Source: the human T2T-CHM13v2.0 reference genome, Homo sapiens. From it: 64,000 nucleotides of DNA. Positions 30,183 to 55,092 of this stretch are shown piece after piece. Below the pieces are notes generated by a model. It did no database searches. It was given only the letters and a program-made list of their open reading frames with translations, and had not been told where the DNA came from. Both the position numbers and the translations under genes were made by a program. The stretch lies in the NCBI RefSeq assembly GCF_009914755.1, contig NC_060929.1; one strand, given 5' to 3'. Within the stretch, counting starts at the first letter, position 1; each line of letters starts with the position of its first letter.

Positions 30183-31184
30183 GAGGGAGGGTAGCAGGGC
30201 TAGGCTCAGAAAGGACAGCCCTCATGCAGCCGTGCGGGTTGGGGTGGCTGGAACCAAAGGGTTCTATGAGGGTGCTGCTGTCGGGCAAAGCCAGTGCTGG
30301 GTTCCTCAAGGAAGAACACAAGCTTCCTACCTTGGATCAGATGCCTGCCCCTTGACTGTAGAAACTCGAACCACCTTGACTGTCAGCTCTGCCAAGAGAG
30401 TATCTGATGGAGGAGGAATGGGCCCCCTTCCAGGGCCAAAATAGCTTAGTGGGCAACGGGCAGGCAAGGGCAGCCTCCGTCTGCTGCAGGGGGAAGCCCA
30501 TGCAGATCCCTGATCCCACTTCCTGCCAGGTGAACGCTGGCTGGTTTCTTTCAGAAGTAGAGGTGGAGTTTTGATCTTCTCTCTCAGACATGTCTTCCAG
30601 GTAGGGGACAATGTGCAGATCATTTGTGGTCAGCCGAGAGTCTGACATGAGAGACCCAGAAGCTTTTCCATGACCAGCAGCCTGGGGATTCAGGTGGGCG
30701 GGCAATGCAAGCTGCCAGTCCAGAGCTGACACCAGAGTCCAGGACACTTTTAAGCCAACATTCAACACAAGAGAAAACAAACTATGTGCATAAGGATATT
30801 TACTGTAGCATTAGCTACAGGGACAAAAAGTTGGAAATAAACTCCTTTATTTGTTAAGCAAATTGTGGTGCAACAAATTTGAGGATGGTTATGCAGCTAT
30901 TAATATATCGAACAGGCTGTAGCAACGTGAACACTTACGATGTTCTGTTGAGTGCAAAAGCAGAATACAAATAAATCTCTGGTTGCCATTATGTGGAACA
31001 AGTCCATATGTATGAACAAGGACTGGAAAGTACAAAGGGAAACTTTAAAAATCCCAGGACCCTCAAACTCCTGCCCAAGGTTAAGCCTAGAGGATGAGCC
31101 ATGCAACCCCCTCTTCCGGATGAATAGCTGTTGCTAGTATGATGCATTTGCCAGATCCCAACAGAAAGGTGCAAGTTCTCAGGC

Positions 31185-32058
<874 letters not shown>

Positions 32059-33159
32059 TCATCCACCCACTCGTTCATTCAGCACATTTTTATGGAGCAG
32101 CAGTTCTAGGTACTTGGAATACATTAGCAAACAATCGAAGATCCTCCCCACCCGCCCCCCTCCCACAGCACGTCCCAGCCTGCAGAGGTTCTGGGCAATG
32201 CACCGGCTGGGAGGTCAGTTGTGCTGTATTTCTCCTTCTTCCTGCCACATGGGGTCCTGAGGACAGAAGCCATGCACTAAAGGCAGTGGAGACGGACAAG
32301 GGAGCCTGGGCCCCTGAGCTGAGCCAGGGCTCAGCCAGCCTGGCGCATTCTTCTGCACTTCTTTGTTTAAACCCTCGTGTGAAAGATTTGCTGTTATTTG
32401 CATCTGAATGCAGCCCTAACTGACGGAGGTAGAGACAAAGGGGAGGGAGCACTGAAATACTCCCAGGCTGGGCTCTGGGGTCTTGGCCTCTTGAAATTTC
32501 CCATGTACTCATTTTAAAACACTCCCAAATTAGGCCTATCCTAGAGAAGGGAGCTCCTCCTGATGGAGGGGCCCCAACTCTGAAAATCTAGAACTTGGGA
32601 TTTTCAGCTAAGAGTGAAGAGGGCAGTTGGGGAGGGCCCTTAAGCAATCTGATGGCCCCGCAAACTAAGGGTGGCAGGCACTGATCAGTGCCATGGTGGT
32701 TGCAAGTATGTGAAGCCCAGCTCAAGCAGGAGGAGAATATAATGGGTCTGATCTAAGGCATGACTGAATCTACACGCTCAAAAGATATCATCAATGTTGG
32801 GCTCCCTCTGTCCCTGTCTCAACCTTGCTCTCCCCTGGGTTGCCTTCATTTGTTCTCAGGTGGCTCTCCCTGTGTGGGTACAAGATGACCCCCGGCGTGT
32901 CCCAGCACATTCAGGAGGAACGTTCTGCCGTCTCAGAATCCCAGCGGGGCACAGCAGGACAGAAATGCTTTCTCTTTTTTAAAGGACTTACCATTCCGTA
33001 TTCTGAGCCTCAGTGGCTTATCTCATGTCGTGAGTCCCATTAAGCCAGCCACTTGGACCAGCTCAATAAAATGCTCCAATGGACCAGACCACGTGTTTCT
33101 TCCTAGAGGCCTAGGGGGAGGACCCCTTGACCCAGCCCCATGGACTGAAAATGGAGAGG

Positions 33160-33820
33160 GTGGTACAATAAAAAATAAATGTTGGTCTTGGTCCCTGCTT
33201 TTGGCACATAACTCCCGAAACCCTTGGAATCTCTGATAATGGTGGTAATCTCTGATAATGATTTTAGATAGCTTCAGGATGAGGGCTGGTTGCCAGAGGA
33301 ACCAACGATGCATTTAGAGGGTCAGGACTTTCAGCCCCAACCCCCAATCTCCAGGGAGGGGTGGGGAGCTGGAGACTGAATCAGTCTCCACTGGTCAAGG
33401 CTTGGGTAATGAAGCCTCCGAGCTTCTGGGTTGGTGAACACACTGATATGCTGGGAGGGGATGCACCCAGAGAGGGTATGCGGGCTCCAGGCCCCTTTCC
33501 TCATCCCTCGCCCTGTGCATCTCCTCCATTTGGCGGTTCCTGAGTTGTATCCTTTATGATGGCAAGAGTAAGGTAAGTACCTTCCTGAGTCCTGTGAGTC
33601 ATTCTAGCAAATTACAGAACCTGAAGTAGGGCAGGTTGTGGGAACCCCTGACTTTGTAGCCAAGTCAGACCAAAGTGTGGGTAACTTGGCACCTGAAGAC
33701 AGGCCAGTATTATGGGACTAAACCCTATGGAGTGTCAAGTCAACTCCGAGTAGTTAAGTGTCAGAATCAGCTTGAACCATAGGACACCCAGTTGATGCCA
33801 GAATTGGTTGGTGTCTGGAG
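33160..33820 (+). mobile_element. MER21-like LTR
   Basis: Homologous to the 6.0-7.2 kb element. Confidence 0.6.
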
Positions 33821-34683
33821 GGTTTCCCAAGGAAAATTGGGATGCACTTATAGGTATAAGGCACATAGATCTGGGTAGCGGCAGTAACAGGCACACTTGT
33901 TCCCCTGTGACAGATGTGGCTTGCCCTGCCCCTGGGATGAGTCAGGAGTCTCTCCAGCATCACCTGGGGCATGCCAGCAGCATCCCAGGCTGGGACAAGA
34001 GACACCCATTGGGGGCCATTGGGATGCCTTGGGCTGCAAGTAACAGAAACCCTCACTGACATGGGCTTCCTTGAGAAGGGGATCCGGGGAAGAAAGGGTT
34101 TTGGACAGCCTGCGTGGCCTTTCACAGTCTTTGTCCCCAAGGCCGTCTTCTCTCACAGCTGCAAGATAAATGCCAGCCGCAACTGGAGCAAGGCACTTCC
34201 TCATTCCTGCTAGATGGGGAGAGAGAAAGCATTCCCTCAATGGCAGAAAAAAAATTCTTATCTTCAGCCATTTTTTTTCCGTTGGTAGAGACGGGGACTC
34301 TCTATGTTGCCCAGGCTGCTCTCAAATCCTGGGCTCAGGAGATCCTCCTGCCTTGGCCTCCCAAAGTGCTGGGATTACAGGCAAGAGCCACCACACCTGG
34401 CCTTCAGCCAATTTTGATACCTGCCCAACCACTCTGGACGAATAGAGTCAACAAGGAAATGCCAGGGCTGATTGCTTTAAGCCTGAGCCCCTGACTGCAA
34501 CAGCAGATAAGATGACATCGCAGACCGGCTGGTGTGCTTATGCTGACTTCCCGAAGGGAGGGGACTGTGTGAAGGCAGCGGGTTCTGGGTGGGTGCTCTG
34601 TGTGTAGAGATGCATTGCCTGGTACCATCCTGACCCATGGGGTAGGAGATGCCCTTACCTTCTCGATTTTCTCCTCCTTTGCC

Positions 34684-37022
<2,339 letters not shown>

Positions 37023-37304
37023 TTACATTTTGGATTCTGAAGCTGGCCAAGATGAAGTAAGAGACCACTACAATCCATCCATGCCGCTGTCTAGGGACAA
37101 AATCAACAAGTCACTAGCTAAGGACTCTGCAGTGTTAACAATAGCAGGTGGATAGGAGAGAAGAGCTGAAACTTGAAGAATGACCTATTCAAGGGCAAGT
37201 TTCCCAGTTGCTTTTTCTTTCTTGTCTCCCAGTTTTGAACTGAGGTCAGCCCCAGTATAGAACAGTGCAGCATGTATGGGCAGAAAAAACATCAAGAGAA
37301 CCAT

Positions 37305-38110
37305 CTGTGAGTGGAAAAAACACAAACCGTTTTTCCTCTGCTCCCACGCCACAGTAAGCAACACAGAAGGCTTCGGTGACCAAATGTTGGGGGTTTCTCC
37401 CCACACATCAGCAAGCAAGCAACCAATTCTGCATTAGGCACCAGCTGGGTGTCCTCTATATTCTAATGCTATCTACCTGGAGAGAGCGTCAGAGCCCACA
37501 GGGTGGGGCTCAGTCCCCAAGACTGCCTCCACTTCTGATGCCACTCCCAAGTCAGGGCCTCAGGAACTTCTGAGGGACCGGCTTCAAGTTGGGGTTCCCA
37601 TGACGCCCTCCTTGCGTTCAATTAATTTGCGAGAGTGGCTCACAGAACTCGGGGACACACTTACATTTGCTGGTTTATTATAAAGGGTATTGGGAAGGAT
37701 ACAGATGAAGAGATGCCTGGGCAAGGCATGGGGAAAGGGGCACGAAGGTTCTACCCCTCCCTGGGCACGCGGCCCTCCAGGAACCTCCATGTGTTCAGCT
37801 ATCCTGGAGGTTATACGGAGGCTTCATTTCTTGGGCGTGGCTGGTGAAATCACTGGCCATGGGTGACCAACTTAACCTTCAGCCCCTCTCCGCTCCCCGG
37901 AGGCTGGGGGGTGAGGCTGAAAGTCCCAGGCCTCTAGTCCTGCCTTGGTCCTTCTGGTGACCAGCCCCATCCTGGAGCTACCTGGGGGCTGCCCGCCTTC
38001 ACCCACCTCTTTAGCATATGAAAGACACCACTGTGGAGATTCTGAGGATTCTAGCAGTTGTAGGCCAGGAAGCCCGGATGAAGACCAAATGTATATTTGA
38101 TAAGATCACA
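37305..38110 (-). mobile_element. MER21-like LTR, reverse orientation
   Basis: Reverse complement shares ggggctggtcaccagaa, ctttcagcc and atatacatttggtcttcatcc with the other copies. Confidence 0.6.
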
Positions 38111-38303
38111 GCCACATTTTGTGTAGCATTCATCCACTGAAGTACATTTTGTTTGTTCCCCACTCCTCGGCTATTGTGAGCAGTGTGGCTATGTACATTT
38201 GTGTGCAAGTTTTTGTGTGACTGTATGTTGTCATTTCTTTTGGAATGGAATACCTAGGAGGGTGGAGTTGCTGGGTCACGTGGTCATGTTTAATTTTCTC
38301 TAG

Positions 38304-39128
<825 letters not shown>

Positions 39129-39219
39129 TCCAATCCTGTCTTTATTTAAAATGTTGATATTTTGTTCATGGACTTTTTCATTAACTTTAACTTTTAAAAA
39201 CATGGCATTAAAATATTGC

Positions 39220-45668
<6,449 letters not shown>

Positions 45669-47474
45669 TAGTCTTATTGTCCCACCAAGCCCCTGGCTGT
45701 CAGCCCATCCTGCATAGGGCCAGGAGCACACACCCATCTCCCTCTGAGGCTGCAAGAAAGGGTTCGGGCTCCTGCTGGTTGAGGGCCTTCGACTGGGCTC
45801 TCCAGGTGCTGGGCTGGGCTGAGGAGCAAACCCATGTGCTGGTACAGGAGCAGGATGATGGAGGCCGCTCGTGACATCTCCATTATGCAAATACTATGCT
45901 GGTCTCAGGTTTTTTCGCTGAGTTTAGGTTGTAAAAGTGGAAGTGTTGGGTCAAAAGCGATCAGAGATCTTTTTAAAACTGACCATGTTACTGCCACCCC
46001 CAGAACTCTTCACTGGCTCCCCTAGAGCCTTTGGGGTAAACGTCAAGCTCCTTGGTCTGTCCTGTGGGGTTCTTTACCGTTGGCCTCTGCTGCTCTTTCC
46101 TGCCATTGCTCTCTGCCCCGACATGTGGGATTTCCGTCTCCTCCTTGCTGAACTGCTGTCAGCTTGCCCACTTGGTAAAGGTCTGTTGGTCTGTAGTGGG
46201 GGTAGCTTATGCCTTAGATCCCTTCATTCCACTTAAACTTCCCATCTCTTCGGTCCTACCTGGAGGCGCAGGGTGGGATGCTGAAGAGGACGGTGTCAGG
46301 CACCCCGCCCAGCCACAGGCAAGGGCCCCACTGTGGTTGAGGAGCCTCTTGTCAGGCCTTTCGAGGTTTTCCTATTGGATCCATCTCCTGGCCTAGGGCC
46401 CCAGGACCCCAACCTGAGTCCTGGGGAGTTAAAATGGTGCCTTTTCACTGAAGACTCTGTGTAGTGGGCCATGAGCCACATGGCCTGGATGCCTGGGGAT
46501 GGAGGGTGGCGTGATAGGGAGTGAGGCCTGCTTTTCTCTATGGCTGGGTATGAGGCATGGCTTTACCCAGCAGGGCCTGCAGAGGGCCGGGGCAGGTGCA
46601 GGAGGGGAGCTGGGCTGTGGCAGATTTTGTCTTGAGCATGAATGAGACAGTGCAGGGTCCTCCTGAAACACCAGGGGACACAGGGGGCTCAGGGACCTGC
46701 AAAAGAGGAGGAGGCAGGAGCAGAGGAAAGATGCATGTCACCTTGAGTGTGACTATGGGAAGCCCCGGTGGCCAGCAGAAGCCCCTCTGCCCCACACCAT
46801 GGTTAGGAGCAGAGCTGTGGAGGTGACAGACCCTGCAGTCCCCGCCTCTCCATGCTGTTGTCCATGAGCAGTTGCTTAGCCTTTCTGAGCCTCTGTTCCC
46901 CACTTGCCAAGGGGGATGGTGACAGCACCTAGCTGGCGGGGTTTGTTAGGCTGTAGGTGAAGTGCTGGCCTGAGGCTCGGTGTCACGGGGAAGCGTTTGA
47001 GTTTCCAGGTGTGAAGTATGAGCTTCCAGCTGAGGCACATCCCAAATGGGGCTCTTGACTGAGATCCCAGCTGCTCACCTCCTTGACCCATGGGTGGGTG
47101 AGTCAGTGGTCGGGAGCTAGAAACTGGGGAGGGCATTGCTCAGAGGGTGCTGTGGGTACATGGGGGCACTTCCAAGGGGTGAGGGGGTTGCCCCTCCTGG
47201 AGAACCACTCAGGAGCCCTGCAGGGTTGGGAGATGCAGAGGCTTGAGGTCTGATGCCTGCCTGAGGGATGTGAAGGATGAGGGGCCATGTCAGCGTTTGT
47301 TTATCTGTTCCTGAGTTGTTAGGGAAGAGACTGTGACAGTCCCTGGGGCAGCCCTACTCACACCTCTGAGGTTATCTGGGGTTCTGCTCTGGGGGCTGCA
47401 TGGACTTTGCGGAGGGCTGGATGCGGCTGGGTTCCCAGGCTAAGTTGCTGGCCACGATGGAGATGCCTGCTCTG

Positions 47475-47803
47475 GTCTAATGCTGGTGACCCCCACATTC
47501 CCATGTTGAAGCAGAATCCCCAGTGTGAGGGTATTAAGAGGTGGGGTCTTTTGGGGAGTGGGTAAGTCATGGGGGTGGTGCCCTTGTGAATGGGCTTAGC
47601 GCCCTCATAAGAGGGGCTGGAGGCAGCTGCATCCCCCTTCCGTGTGAGGGCACCCAGGCGGCACTACCTGTGAGGGGCCAGACACTGAATCAGCCGGTGC
47701 CGTCATCTTGGACTTCCCAGCCCTCAGAACTGTGAGCAACGCATTCCCGTTGTGTATGAATTACCAGCCTCTGGTATTGTTACAGCAGCCAGAACCAAGA
47801 CAC
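47475..47803 (+). mobile_element. MST/MLT1A-type MaLR LTR
   Basis: gtattaagaggtggggtctt, atcttggacttcccagcc..cagaactgtgag and aattaccagc motifs. Confidence 0.65.
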
Positions 47804-49714
47804 CATTTCCCAAGGAACTGCTTGGGGTGGGCAGCAGTGCCCAGTGATGCAGTGATGGGGGGCAGGGATTTCAGAGAACCGAGGGGTCCCCCATGTGAGA
47901 ATGAATCAATATGGAACCCCAGCCAGGCCCAGGGCCTCTGAGGCAAGCCCCAGTCAGGGAAGAATCTTCCGGTCTGCAGGCTCCATGCCACCCCAGCTCC
48001 CTCCCTGGAGAAGAAGCCCAGGCGGTGAAGGAGAGCCCATGGCCAGGCCCTGCCTCATGCCTGCGGTTCGACTGAGTGGTGTTAGGGGTTCGCAGTGGTG
48101 TTAGGGGTTCGCATCACCTGGTGCCACGCCGAGCTCACAGGCATTAGTCCTGGGCACCACCTGCGCTGCTGACACCTGCCCCACAGGCACAGGCCCTGCC
48201 CTGTGGAGCCCCTGGGGGCCGTCCCATCTGGCTGGCCATGACGCTGGAGCCAGGACTACAGGAGGACAAAGACGCCTCTGCAGGGAAGGGCCATGAGCCA
48301 AGGAGCAGACCGTGTGGCTGTGAGCAAGGCCTCCCTGGGCTCCGAGGCTGCACCTGGAGAAGCCACACCATGTCTGGGTGGGTCCTCTGAGGGAGCTCAC
48401 GCCCTCTGGCTGCACCAGGGCCTGGCACACAGCAGCTGCTCAGAGGGGTGCAGAGCCAGGTTGAAGGCCCCCTGGAGGATCCTGAGGCACAAATGTGCTC
48501 AGCCTGAGCCCCCAGCCCTGCCTTCTCCACGGGGCTGGCTGTGGGCTGCCTCCTTCCCTGCTGCCCCAGAGCCTCCCCTGCTGGGGTGAGCCTCGGGGCA
48601 CCCAGCTTCACCTGGCCATCCTCCTGATACCCATCCTGCGCTGGGCCACTGGGGGCTGCTGCCAGGAACGGCTTCTGGGAGATGGGCCCTGCACCTGAGG
48701 CTGCAGCTCTGACGGGATCGACAAGGTGGGGAACAGCATGTCAGGCAGTGGGAACAGCATACTGGTGTGGCCAGGAGGCAGGGACGATCCCCGCTGACCT
48801 CTGGAGGGGGCTTTTCTCATGTTGCCCAAGGGGTGCCAGGGACTGAGGGTGCCAGGTAGGGATGAGGGTGAGACGATGGCTCTAACCAGCTCCTGGAACC
48901 CCCCAAACTCCTGGGGTTTGGCCCCCAGGGCTCTGCCCAGGCCCTGCGGGAGCCCTGCCCCCACCTCTCCACACTGCTTGCCGTCCCTGGGGTCTCAGAT
49001 GGAAGAGGTGGGCTGGGGCGGTGCAGGGCAGATTCTGCTTGGCCCCGATGTGCAGGCCCCATGCCTCTGCCGGGCCCTTCTGGGGCCTTGCTGTGGTCCT
49101 GGCTCACCAGGCAGAATCCCTGAGTTGGCTGAGGCACCGGCTGCTGGTGGCCCTGTCTCTGCCCGTTCCCCAGATAGGACCCAAGTCCAGGACAGCCAAG
49201 TCTGATACTGAGTGGGACTCCACCGCTGAGGGGCCTGACATGGCCTAGAGCAGGCCAGGGGTGGGTCAGTGCACCCCAGCGCTCCCTCCTCAACCCATCC
49301 GCCACCCAGCAGGCCCTGACCAGCAAAGGGGGTACAAATTGCACTCCCTGACTTCCTGGCTAGATGACCTTGTCACGTGTCAGGTGGGGTCTCGGCTGCT
49401 CCCCGGCCCACTGCTTGCTGGCTCAGTTTGTGAGGGGCTGGAAACAGACAGGGTGGGGCTGTGGGAGGGGCCTGCTGGTGGGCCAAGGGGGTTTTGTTGG
49501 CTTCCTCATGCCCTGCTCTAGACAAGGGGCACCAGGCAAGGCTGTGGGTATCCCTCACCAAAGGTGAACTGAGCATCCCCCACGCACCAGGCTCTGTAAG
49601 CACGACACGGGGTCTCTGGATGGGAAACAGTTACCCAGTCCCATGCCTGAACTGTGGCTACAGCAGTCCCCGGGCTGAGTTGAAAACCTGCCATGGGGTG
49701 GACGTGGGGTGGAC

Positions 49715-50424
49715 ATGGATAGGCGTACGGGTGTGTTTATAGTGACTAGAGTTTACAAGGGGGCTGGGTGGCGGGACTGCCGTGTACACACTGTAACTCC
49801 ATGTGTCCAGTTTGTCCTGCTGACGCGTTCCACAGCTGTCACCGGAAAGCTATCTCCTGGGGCCAGCAGCATCCAGGAAGGGGGTACCTGGGGCTGCAGA
49901 GACAAGCTCGTCGGCAGGGCAGGGTGAGGGACCATGGGTGGAATGGCAGTGGCTGCCAGTGGGCTCGGGGCTGGCGCAGGCATCTCACGTCACACCGTGA
50001 TGCCTGCTGTGGCTCCAGAAGTTCCCAAGCCACGTGGTGACAGACTGTGGGTGGTGGCCAAAGTGGCACATGTCACCAAGCAAGGTCTCGAGCTTGCAGT
50101 GGTCCCACCCTCTGGGGCAGTGTTGTGTCCTTGCCGAGGATGGACAGACTGACCAGGCCCCACGGTCCTGAAGGCAGGATGTCCCCAAGGCATGTGCCGC
50201 CCGCACGTCTGGAGGCCCTGGGTCCTGCCAGGGCCAAAGTCCCATAAAAGGTCTCCTGTGCCCGTATGGCCACTGTGGGGGGCGGGGGGCGGGCAGCAGG
50301 CCACAGGGTCGGCATTTGCAAAATAGTGAGGCACTCCCTGGCCTCTGCCCACTGGGCCACTGAGGCAGGGCTGTGGACGGCTTCTGCGGGCTCCAGCTCT
50401 TCCTCGTCCCTCAGCTCAGCGCTT
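49715..50424 (-). other. RASGEF1C: Probable RASGEF1C 3' UTR (end approximate)
   Basis: Unique GC-rich sequence after the stop codon; end placed about 20 nt beyond a TATAAA hexamer. Confidence 0.6.
49736..49741 (-). terminator. Candidate variant polyadenylation signal TATAAA
   Basis: Plus-strand tttata; no AATAAA noticed on the minus strand within about 3 kb downstream of the stop. Confidence 0.5.
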
Positions 50425-50449
50425 TCATGTCTTCCCCAAAATAGAAGAT
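50425..50449 (-). CDS. RASGEF1C: RASGEF1C terminal coding segment (R)SSILGKT*
   Basis: ctgcag|A TCT TCT ATT TTG GGG AAG ACA TGA completes the frame; resembles RASGEF1-family C-termini. Confidence 0.9.
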
Positions 50450-50897
50450 CTGCAGATTTAAGCATGTCGGGAGCGGTGAGAGCCTGGAGCTCCCCACCCC
50501 AGTTAGACTGCTCTCCAGCACAGCCACTTTCTCAGTGCGCTGAGGAGAGCCAGCCTCCTGCCCCAGAGGGGTGTTCTGCAAATCCCTGGGGCTCAGCCCT
50601 CGAAGTCCATTGCTATGGATCATTTCCGACCGCCACTTGGACGTGTTAACACGCCGAGCAAGAAGGAGGTGGGGTGTGTGTCCCACTGTCTGGCATACAA
50701 ATATAGACTGGGAGTCCCTGTCCCTGGGACATGCATCTTGACTGCACACAGAGGCAGCCACCAGCCGTGGGGGAGTCACAGGCTCAGCCTCCTCTCCTCA
50801 CCCCTATGACTGTGGCTTGATCCCCACTGTGGGCTGCTGAGACTCCCAGGAGGCTGGTGAGCCGGGTATCTCTGAAGCCCCTCGGCCCTGTCCTGGT

Positions 50898-51009
50898 CCC
50901 AAGCAGTCCCCGGGTCCCACCTCGGCGCGAAGACTCACCTTAGAGCTTTCCATCCCAAGCAGCCCCCAGGCCCCACCTTGGCAGGAAGACTCACCTTAGA
51001 GCTTTCCAT
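50898..51009. repeat. 56-bp tandem duplication spanning a RASGEF1C splice donor
   Basis: 50898-50953 vs 50954-51009: 50 of 56 identical. Confidence 0.95.
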
Positions 51010-51067
51010 CTTTCTTTTTCTGTTTGGTTCTCTGGGCTCTCACTTTCATAAGAAGCCAAATAAAGAC
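50995..51067 (-). CDS. RASGEF1C: RASGEF1C penultimate coding exon
   Basis: ctag|GTC...AAG|gtgagt; 73 nt encoding (G)LYLASYESESPENQTEKERWKAL(R); phases 1 and 2 fit both neighbours. Confidence 0.95.
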
Positions 51068-52015
51068 CTAGACAGAAAATGAAGTGAAATTTCACAATTA
51101 TGGTTGATGATAATAACCTGTTCTACACCTGCTATATCTGCGTGGGTCTCTTTCTGGGTTCTCTATTCTGTCCCATTGATCCATGTGTCCATCCCTCCCC
51201 TAATACTGTGCTGTCTTAACGACAGTAGTTCTATAACATTTGCGTGAGGGCTTTTGCTTTTGTGTGAAACTCACTTCAAATGATGTATAAATACATGAGT
51301 CTTTATTTCTCTGGAATAACTAACTGCCCAAGAATGCAATGGCTGGGCCATATCATAGTGGCATATTTGGAATAAGAAACTCTTTATCTAGCCCTATATT
51401 CTGAGGGTTATCTCTTGCTTTTCCCTGCTAAAAGCTGTATAGGTTTACATTTTACATTTTAGTCTGTGATCCATGCTGAGCTAATTATTTGTATAAGGTG
51501 TGAGGCTTGGGCTGGGGTTCATGTTTTGGTCTGTGGATATCCGGATGCTCCGGCACTGTTTGTTGGAGGGCTAGCTTTCCTCCATTGGGTTTTGTTTTGT
51601 TTTGTTTTGTTTTGTTTTTGTCAAAAATCACCTGGTATATTTGCGTGGGTCTCTTTCTGGGTTCTCTATTCTGTCCCATTGATTCATGCGTCCATCCCTC
51701 CCCTAATACTGTGCTGTCTTAACGACCATAGCGCTATCATATCAGCCTTAACATCAAGCAGACTCATTCCTCCCACGAATCCTTTTCAAGATTGTTTTAG
51801 CAATTCTAGTTCCTTTGACTTCCAATACAAATTTTAGGAGAATCTCGTCTCTATCTTACAAAGAGTCTTGCTGGGATTTGGGTAGGAATTGCATTAAACC
51901 TGTACTTAAATTCTGGGAGGAGAATTAATACCTTTGCTATGCAGTCTTTGCGTTCGAGAACATCCTATGTCTCCATTTATCTACATCTTTCTTGATTTCT
52001 TTCATCAGCATTAAC

Positions 52016-52305
<290 letters not shown>

Positions 52306-53107
52306 CATCAGCATTAACTTTTAGCGTACACGTCCTGTGCGTGTTCTGTTCCATTTCCACCTACATGTTTCATGTGAGTGACTGTAAATGGTATTATCAT
52401 TTTAGTTTCAGCGTGCACATGTTTATTGCTCATACGTAGAAACATGGTTGATTTTTGCATGTGTGTCTTGTATCCTGCAACCTTGCTGAACTCCCTTATT
52501 AGTTCTAGGGGTTTTTGTAGATTCTTTGGGATTTTTTTTCCTCATCATCTGCAAATAGGGACAGTGTTAATTTTTCTTTCTGATTTGTGTGTTACTTCCT
52601 GTTCTTGCCTTATCGCACTAACTAGTTCTTCCATTACTATGATGACTAAGAGTGGGGAAGAGTGAACATCCTTTCATTGTTATTGGTCTTACGAGGAAAG
52701 CATTAAATCTTCTGCTGTTAAATATAATGTTTGCAGAAGCGTTTCTGTGGATGCAACTTGTCATGCTGATAAATTCCCTTCTATTACTAGTTTCTGAGAG
52801 TTTTTACCATAAATGCGTGTAGAAATTTGTCAAATGCCTTTTCTGCATTGATTAATATAATCATGTGTCTTTTCTTCTTTAGCTGTTTAGTATAGTGAAT
52901 CACACTGATTGAATTTCAAATATTGAACAGCTTTGCATCCTTGGAATGAACCCACTTAGTCATGACGTATAATTATTTTTACATATTGCTGAACTCTATT
53001 TGCTTATTTTGTTAAGGATTCTTGTGTCTATATTCATGAGGGATATTGGCCTGTATTTTCTTTTTTTGGTACTGTCTTTGGTTTTAGTATCAGGGTAATA
53101 CTGGTGC

Positions 53108-53526
53108 CAGGGTTTGAATGTTTGTGCCCTGAAAAATTCATGTTGAAACATAATCCCGAATGCAACAGTGTTAACTAACAGGTGGGGTCTGGAGGAGGCG
53201 ATTAGGCCATGAGGTTCCACCCTCATGGATGGGATTAGTGCCCTTATGAAAGGGCTGGAGGGAGCCAGTCTGGCCCCTTTTTGCCCATCTGCCAAATGAG
53301 GACACAGCATTTGCCCCTTCTGCCATGCGAGGACACAGCAAGAAGGCTCCACCTTAGAAGCAGAGAGCAGCCCTCACCAGACACAGAATCTGCCTTGATC
53401 TTGGATTTCTGGCCTCTGAAACTGTAGATATATATATATAAACTCAGTGGTAAGAAAATGTCTGTTGTTTATGAATTACCCAGTCTAAGGTATTTTGTTA
53501 CGGCAGCTCAAACTGACTAAGACAAC
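53108..53526 (+). mobile_element. MST/MLT1A-type MaLR LTR inserted in L1
   Basis: ggtttgaatgtttgtgccc...gactaagaca; interrupts L1 ORF2-like sequence. Confidence 0.7.
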
Positions 53527-53866
53527 TGGCTTCATCAGGAGGCTCCCTCCTCTGCCACTTTCTGGAAGAGATTGTGGAGAATTGGTGTTAATTCTTTAAG
53601 CATTTGGTAGAAGTCTCCAGTGTAACCATTTGAGCCTGTAGACTTCATTTTTGGGAGTTTTAAAATTATAAATTCAATTTATTTAATAGTCACAGGGCTA
53701 TTCAAATTATCTATTTTATGTCAAGTTGTGGTAATTTGTGCTTTTTAAGGAATTAGTTCATTTCATTTAAATTGTTAAATTCGTGTGTGTGGAGTTGTTT
53801 GTCGTATTCCCTTATTATCTTTTCAATGTCTGTAGTCGTTAGTGATATCCTGTTTTACTCCTGGTA

Positions 53867-55092
<1,226 letters not shown>

